Of a stretch of 64,000 nucleotides of DNA, positions 58,588 to 64,000 are shown piece by piece; the stretch's first letter is position 1; each line of letters begins with the position of its first letter. This stretch comes from Deltaproteobacteria bacterium (lineage in GTDB: Bacteria > Myxococcota > Myxococcia > SLRQ01): contig SLRQ01000013.1 of assembly GCA_007130885.1 (NCBI GenBank), positions 11,004 through 75,003 of the forward strand, read 5' to 3'. Below the pieces are notes generated by a model. It was given only the letters and a program-made list of their open reading frames with translations, was not told the origin of the DNA and did not search any database. The position numbers and the translations under genes are program-made.

Positions 58588-61500
58588 ATGGAAGCAGAGA
58601 CTCGTTTCTACTACTCGCCTTTGGGAAGCTGCCGCGCCTTGGTCGCGGTTACTTGTTCGCTGGTGCTGCTTTTCGGCGGATGCAAGTGCTCGGACGAGCC
58701 GGCCGAGGACGAGGTGCCCGGTGAGGAGATATCGGAGGTGACCTACGGCGCGGCCGGGGAAGTGATGCGGGTGCCGGTCGAGCCTGGTCGGCCACCTCGG
58801 GCGGCGCCGGACGCGCGGGTGGTGCTGCTCATGGACCTGGACTCCAGCGGCACGTTCGATGAGGCCGAAGAGCATGTGGCGGAGCTGGACGAGGACGGTC
58901 GTTTCGAGGTGTTCACGGAGAGGATCGAGTATGAAGGTGGAGCGCCTCGCGTGAGAGCGCAGCTAGTAGCGATACTCGATGGTCATGCGACGGCGTACAG
59001 GCGAGTTGATCTCGAGGCGGACACTCGGCCGTGGATAGACGCGACGCTGTTCGAGTACGAGGGGATGGAGCTTGGAGAGCGGACAAGCCTTGCCGACGGA
59101 TCGCTGACGATTACGGGCCTGCCGGAGGGAATACAGAAGGCATGGGGGCGGGTGCTGCACCCGGTGCTTGATGCGGAAGGTGTTTCCGGAGGGGGGCAAG
59201 CGGTGTCCGGGGTATCGCTTTCGTTTGGTGTGGTGGGAGCCGTGCGTCTGGTTGGGGCTCAAGGAGAGGCTGTGAGGCAGCTCGAGGAGCCTGTGACGTT
59301 GCGCATGGAGCTCGTGGAGGAGACGTGGGGAGCGCTGTCGGCGATAGCGCCGGGCCGCGGCATCGACCCAAGTGATGACTTCATAGATTTAGGCGACGAC
59401 TTCATCGACCCAAGTGACGACTTCATAGATCCGAGCGACGACTTTTATGATGTAGCAGCAAGCGTGCCGCTTTTCGCGTTCAGCGAGAGCGATGGCGCAT
59501 GGTCGTTCCAGGCCGTGGGAAGGCTCGAGACGGCCGGGGGCGCCGCCCTTACGTACGGGCAGCTACAGGATGTTTGGAGCGGCGAGTTCGATGGGCGACT
59601 GTTCGTGCGGGGTGATGTGGAGCATTTCAGTCAGTGGGGCTATGGCTGGCCTGTTGGAGAGACGTGCATCGAGGGGGTGCTCGAGGAGGTCACTGGAGAT
59701 GACGACACGAAGCAGCCCGCCGCCGGAGTGACGGTAACCGGCCGCGGAGTGGGCAGCGACGAGAGAAGCGGTCCCGTGGTGACGGACTCGGAGGGCCGTT
59801 TCTGCCTTCACGCGAGGCCGAGCGCGGGAGTGGGAGGCGGAGCCAACGTTTTGCGGCTGCATGCCAGGCTGGAAGATGGAGATGTGCGCCTTGGAGAGGT
59901 GAAGGTGGAAATGCCGGAAGACGGTCCGGTGGAGTGCGGCGAGGAAGGCTGTCAGGATGCGGGCGTGTTCTTGCTGGAAAGGCCCGATGGTGAGGAGGAG
60001 GCGAGAGTCGAGCCATGCGGGATACCGGTGAGGGTGCTGCTTCCTGGTGAAGGAGGACTTTGGGAGAGCCTGCGACCCGAGACGGCCGCCGGCGCTAGCG
60101 TGAAGGCGCATGTTCCATCATCGAGGATGCACGCGGTGAAGGAGCTTTGCGGGGCCGGTGGTGATGTTGACGACTGTCTTGTTTCGGAGGCGGATGAGGA
60201 AGGCGAAGCCGTCGTCACGGTGCCGAGGGGAGAGGAGAGAGTCGAGATAACGGGAAGGCTGCTGCACGAGGCCGGCGATGGTGGAGCACAATTCTACGAT
60301 TACCGCGGGCGAGTGGTGCTGAGCGAGCCGGTTTGTGTGGAAGGCGAGGAGGAAGAGCAGGTGGAGCTGGAGCTTCGCTTGCGTAGGGGCGACGTAGAGC
60401 GAGTGGATGTGTGGGTGGACATAGAAGATGAAGGGGGAGAGGTTCCGGCGCCCATCATAGGGTGGAACTCGGTGATACCGTACGAGGCGGGGGAGGAGCC
60501 CGGCGAGCTTTCGGCCGAGCGAGTGACCATCTACTCGGGCGAAGGGGATGAGGTGCTGTGGGAGGTCGTGGCGCGTGACGATGTCGAAGGTGGAGCGGAG
60601 CCCGGAATGGCGTCTCCTTTGGAGGTGCGTGATTACGGCGACGACGACCCCGTGCTGCGCCAGCCGGTGCCGCCCGGCATGGATGCGTTGACGACGCCCG
60701 GGATGCATCCGGACGCTTATGTCGTGGTGCAGGTGCGGGGCGAGAGACTCGGCGTTCTGTGGGAAGGCCGGGGCGCCGAGGATCTTCACGCGGGAGTGGA
60801 GGTCGACCCTGAAGAAGCCAATAGTTTGAAGTATGTGTCCGGGGATAATCAGACCGGGAACCGGGGTGAGCCTCTCACCGAGCCGCTCCGGGTTCTGGTA
60901 GAGGATGCACACGGTAACCCCGTTGAAGGCCACGAGGTAACCTTTAGCTTGGGAATGAACCCGCCCGGAGATGATGCTTCGCTCAACCCTATGACTACGC
61001 ATTCAAGCGCGGATGGCCTGGCGAGCACGCAGCTCACGCTAGGTAATGCGGGTGGTGCATATCACGTTGAAGCAAGTGGTGCGGGGATTGACGGGTTGGT
61101 CAAGTTCGAGGCGACCGCGTGCGATCTCGGTACGGGGTGGCATCCGGATTATCAGGCCGAGTGTTACGATGAGGTGGAGGTACTTTGCGATTCTACGGGC
61201 TTGCCTGCAGAGAACTCGAGCGTGGAATACGATGAGCGGGTAACCGTGACATGGAGTGAGGAGGACGGCTGGAGTGTCCCCGAACCATGTGTCTGGTCGT
61301 GCGATCCGGGCTATCACGAGCATGAGCAAGGTGACGCAATCGAGTGCGTGGAGTGCATCGTCGATGGTCACTGTACACCGAACCTCCTTTGCTTGAACAA
61401 CACTTGCGTCGAGTGCATCGTTCACGACGATTGCCCAAATGAAGGTTTGTGCTACTCGAACGAGTGCATCGACAACCCGTGCTTTCCGAACCCATGCATC

Positions 61501-63390
61501 CATGGAAATCCTGTTGTAAGGCTCGATATCGAGGAGGGTACGGGCGCCAGCCTCGAGGACTCATCCGGCAACGGCAACGACGCGACTCTCGAGGGGGGCG
61601 CCTGGACCAGCGAAGGAAAGTACGGGTACGCCTTGGAGCTTGGTGGGGCTCAGAATGGATTCTCCTGGAGCTACACCAAGCCCCAAAACAACTTCACTCT
61701 GGAAGCCTGGGTCAAAGCCGAGTCGAGTCACGACATCGACAATGAGTCGACGAGTGGCACCACGGGGACGACCGGTCAAGCATATTTGTTCCGGCCAGGC
61801 AACGAGGGTTCGTCAAACGCCGGGGCCGGCGTGTCGGTGGGGACCAACGGGATATCAGTCTACGAGAACGGTGATGATTATATGCCGGCTCTCGCCGTTC
61901 ATGAGGAAGAGCTTGGAACCGGATGGAACCACATCGTGGTCACCTACGAGAACAAGATTCCCCGCATCTATCTCAACGGGTCGCCGGTGCGAACCGGTCT
62001 TACATCACCAAGGAACAATGTCCTGGCTCCGAATCGGATCGGCGGCAGCGATTACGGCTCGTTCGCCGGCGCAGTGGATAGAGTGAGAGTTTATGATTAC
62101 ACCTTGAGTGACGAGCAGGTCCTCCAGGCTTACGCCAAGCAAGAGGATTGCTACTTGAGCGCGTCCCTCGACGAATACACCTGTGCCTGCGATCATGGCT
62201 GGGATTGGGACTCTTCAAACCTGGCGTGCATCCCCAAGGTATACACCTGCCCGGCCAAGCCCGAGGAAGGCGCCGAGTGGAATACGGTTTCGGAGTACAT
62301 CCAAGAATGGGACCACGACCATGGGGACTGGATGCCTCCCGCGACCAGCACTCACTACAACGAGGAACCCGACGAGCAGTCTTGCCGCTACGTTTGCAGC
62401 CCAGGCTACCGGTTCAACGGCGAGACCTGCGAGCCGCGGACGGCCTGCCTCACCGGCTCTAAGTTCGAGAACGTGAGCCCCCTCGACCTCTTGCACGCCA
62501 TGGACATATGCGACTTCTTTGACGAGGGCGAGGAGGGAAGCTTCGGCATAGTGCATGGAAGCGTGGAGCTGGGCAGAGCGAACTGGTCCGCGGACAGCAA
62601 CGAGCCGGATCATCGGCAGTACGGCATAATGACCCAGTTCGGGACGGATAGCTCGAACGTGCCGAAGTTCGGCGACAACATGGCCGTCCTATCGAGCGGC
62701 AGGGCCAGGGACGCGAGTGACCCCGATGCCACAGCGACCGTATCCTACGAGTATGAGCACGGCGAACCACCAAACGACTTCGTCGCTCCTCACGGCGGAG
62801 CGCTCCCCTTGACCTACCCTAGTTGTCCGAGAGGAACGGGGGCCAACGATTCGGTGATGCTCAGAGTCAAGCTGAAGGTGCCGGAGTTCGCTCATGCCTT
62901 TTCCTTCGACTTCAGATTCTTTTCACAGGAGTACGGGGACTACACATGCAGCATCTACAACGACTTCTTTATAGCAATGCTGGACTCCGACTGGATTCCT
63001 GAGAACGGAGGGTCCGGTATTCCGGAAGATAAGAACATCAGCTTCGACTCCAACGAGAACTACATAGGCGTCAACTCCCATGAGTTCTTCACAGTCTGCG
63101 AGCCGAAGTTTTGTCAAAACAGCGGCGCGGTATACGACTGTCCGGATGGGACCTCGCCATTGTCCGGCACCGGTTACCCAGCCAGCAACGCGGGTGCAAC
63201 CCAGTGGCTTACGACCACCTCGCCGGTGGTACCCGGAGAGACGATCACTCTAAGGTTCATTATCTGGGACACCACGGACCCAAACTATGACTCCCTGGTC
63301 CTCCTAGACAACTTCAGGTGGCATGGCGAGGGCACGGCCAAAGACGGCCCCGAAACACGCCCCAGCGACGTTGCGGCACCTGAAGACTAG
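58588..63390 (+). CDS. giant mosaic lipoprotein (about 1600 aa): LamG/ConA-like jelly-roll domain, EGF-like Cys-rich repeats, DDFIDPS tandem repeat, unassigned C-terminal domain
   Basis: GAGGA RBS plus ATG 58588 (the track start 58567 is a GTG). Lipobox LLFGGCKCS. LamG-like region (GNGNDATLEGGAWTSEGKYGYALELGG...VDRVRVYDYTLSDEQV). Cys-rich CVECIVDGHCTPNLLCLNNTCVECIVHDDCPNEGLCYSNECIDNPCFPNPC. Confidence 0.8.
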   Translation: MEAETRFYYSPLGSCRALVAVTCSLVLLFGGCKCSDEPAEDEVPGEEISEVTYGAAGEVMRVPVEPGRPPRAAPDARVVLLMDLDSSGTFDEAEEHVAELDEDGRFEVFTERIEYEGGAPRVRAQLVAILDGHATAYRRVDLEADTRPWIDATLFEYEGMELGERTSLADGSLTITGLPEGIQKAWGRVLHPVLDAEGVSGGGQAVSGVSLSFGVVGAVRLVGAQGEAVRQLEEPVTLRMELVEETWGALSAIAPGRGIDPSDDFIDLGDDFIDPSDDFIDPSDDFYDVAASVPLFAFSESDGAWSFQAVGRLETAGGAALTYGQLQDVWSGEFDGRLFVRGDVEHFSQWGYGWPVGETCIEGVLEEVTGDDDTKQPAAGVTVTGRGVGSDERSGPVVTDSEGRFCLHARPSAGVGGGANVLRLHARLEDGDVRLGEVKVEMPEDGPVECGEEGCQDAGVFLLERPDGEEEARVEPCGIPVRVLLPGEGGLWESLRPETAAGASVKAHVPSSRMHAVKELCGAGGDVDDCLVSEADEEGEAVVTVPRGEERVEITGRLLHEAGDGGAQFYDYRGRVVLSEPVCVEGEEEEQVELELRLRRGDVERVDVWVDIEDEGGEVPAPIIGWNSVIPYEAGEEPGELSAERVTIYSGEGDEVLWEVVARDDVEGGAEPGMASPLEVRDYGDDDPVLRQPVPPGMDALTTPGMHPDAYVVVQVRGERLGVLWEGRGAEDLHAGVEVDPEEANSLKYVSGDNQTGNRGEPLTEPLRVLVEDAHGNPVEGHEVTFSLGMNPPGDDASLNPMTTHSSADGLASTQLTLGNAGGAYHVEASGAGIDGLVKFEATACDLGTGWHPDYQAECYDEVEVLCDSTGLPAENSSVEYDERVTVTWSEEDGWSVPEPCVWSCDPGYHEHEQGDAIECVECIVDGHCTPNLLCLNNTCVECIVHDDCPNEGLCYSNECIDNPCFPNPCIHGNPVVRLDIEEGTGASLEDSSGNGNDATLEGGAWTSEGKYGYALELGGAQNGFSWSYTKPQNNFTLEAWVKAESSHDIDNESTSGTTGTTGQAYLFRPGNEGSSNAGAGVSVGTNGISVYENGDDYMPALAVHEEELGTGWNHIVVTYENKIPRIYLNGSPVRTGLTSPRNNVLAPNRIGGSDYGSFAGAVDRVRVYDYTLSDEQVLQAYAKQEDCYLSASLDEYTCACDHGWDWDSSNLACIPKVYTCPAKPEEGAEWNTVSEYIQEWDHDHGDWMPPATSTHYNEEPDEQSCRYVCSPGYRFNGETCEPRTACLTGSKFENVSPLDLLHAMDICDFFDEGEEGSFGIVHGSVELGRANWSADSNEPDHRQYGIMTQFGTDSSNVPKFGDNMAVLSSGRARDASDPDATATVSYEYEHGEPPNDFVAPHGGALPLTYPSCPRGTGANDSVMLRVKLKVPEFAHAFSFDFRFFSQEYGDYTCSIYNDFFIAMLDSDWIPENGGSGIPEDKNISFDSNENYIGVNSHEFFTVCEPKFCQNSGAVYDCPDGTSPLSGTGYPASNAGATQWLTTTSPVVPGETITLRFIIWDTTDPNYDSLVLLDNFRWHGEGTAKDGPETRPSDVAAPED
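59371..59460 (+). repeat. 24-nt tandem repeat x ~4 encoding DPSDDFID(L/P)
   Basis: gacccaagtgatgacttcatagat / ttaggcgacgacttcatcgac / ccaagtgacgacttcatagat / ccgagcgacgacttttatgat read directly from the sequence. Confidence 0.8.
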
Positions 63391-63585
63391 CCGGTCCTTC
63401 GCTTCTCCTCGTAATGACCGAAAAAAGAGGTCCAATTGCGTCACTTGGTCTGAAAGCCGGTCAGGAACCTGGGTTTCGTGCCGGCGATACCGAGACCGAT
63501 AAACCGAGGGCCGTCGCCGATCAGGCTTGAGCCATGAAGAGGATGTTAGTTGACCCGAAGGCCGACAGGCTGCTAACCATCTAGT

Positions 63586-64000
63586 ATGCATCGCATGCGG
63601 CTATTCTTTTCGATGGCCGGCCTAATCGGCCTCCTTGCTGTCCCAAGCAACTCCGCGGCCCAACACATGGACCTGGAGCTGTGGAGGCTTGGTAACCCGA
63701 GGCCAATCGAACTCTCGGATGGAACCTCGGTGTCGCCGTATTTGGAGGCCGACGACCGTTTCCGGCTGTTGATGGTGGATCTTGGTCTGGCAATGCACCC
63801 TACGCCGACTCATCCCGCCAATACTCTTGGACGCGCGGGTACCGCCTTCGAGTTCTCGTTGCGCTTGCCGCAAATCCACCCGGGCGCGACCGTACAGCCG
63901 GGTGACAGGGTGGAGGAAGGCGACTGTCCGCCCGGTAATCCACAGTGCAGGATCTGGGTGATAAGGGGGACCGCGGAAGGCTACGCTCCCCAGCGCCCTC
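63586..64000 (+). CDS. secreted hypothetical protein, 3' end beyond the window
   Basis: ATG 63586, signal peptide MHRMRLFFSMAGLIGLLAVPSNSAAQ, open frame to the window end. Confidence 0.4.
   Translation, partial: MHRMRLFFSMAGLIGLLAVPSNSAAQHMDLELWRLGNPRPIELSDGTSVSPYLEADDRFRLLMVDLGLAMHPTPTHPANTLGRAGTAFEFSLRLPQIHPGATVQPGDRVEEGDCPPGNPQCRIWVIRGTAEGYAPQRP

Noticed and set aside
1-64000. Mobile elements, integrases and tRNA/rRNA genes
   Set aside because: No transposase, integrase or recombinase motifs were seen, no inverted terminal repeats flank the accessory block, and there is no tRNA-like cloverleaf or rRNA. The surface-protein island is therefore not called a mobile element.

Overview
High-GC (~65%) bacterial chromosomal segment. 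The lipobox signal peptides and an outer-membrane beta-barrel point to a diderm, possibly Myxococcota-like, organism (inference from gene content only). From the 5' end the window contains: an M23 peptidase (5'-truncated), trxB, radC, a TPR protein and ssb. Next is a transcarboxylase locus with a 1.3S-like biotin carrier, an apparently fused 5S-12S carboxyltransferase and a B12-domain-less methylmalonyl-CoA mutase catalytic subunit. gpsA and a GDPD phosphodiesterase follow. The middle of the window is an accessory-like block of giant secreted lipoproteins. It holds a protein with 13 InlB-type B-repeats plus PA14, and three lipoproteins with chitobiase-type repeats, two of them sharing an unassigned ~700-aa C-terminal region. 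It also holds a VKOR-DsbA fusion and a rhodanese lipoprotein. A long minus-strand operon follows: two tandem DUF4139/MuiA-like paralogs, pyk, a family-5 SBP and oppBCDF-like genes. The 3' third of the window carries the most unusual module. It comprises an S41 protease with a long C-terminal extension, a Cys-less transglutaminase fused to a polytopic membrane domain, an alpha-L-glutamate-ligase-like (RimK-type) ATP-grasp enzyme, a second secreted Cys-less transglutaminase-like protein, a secreted protein with a caspase-like His/Cys arrangement, and a 30-codon overlapping ORF. It is followed by a 1600-aa mosaic lipoprotein. No rRNA, tRNA, CRISPR array, transposase or integrase was recognised. 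Many long reverse-strand and out-of-frame ORFs in the track are GC-driven artefacts.
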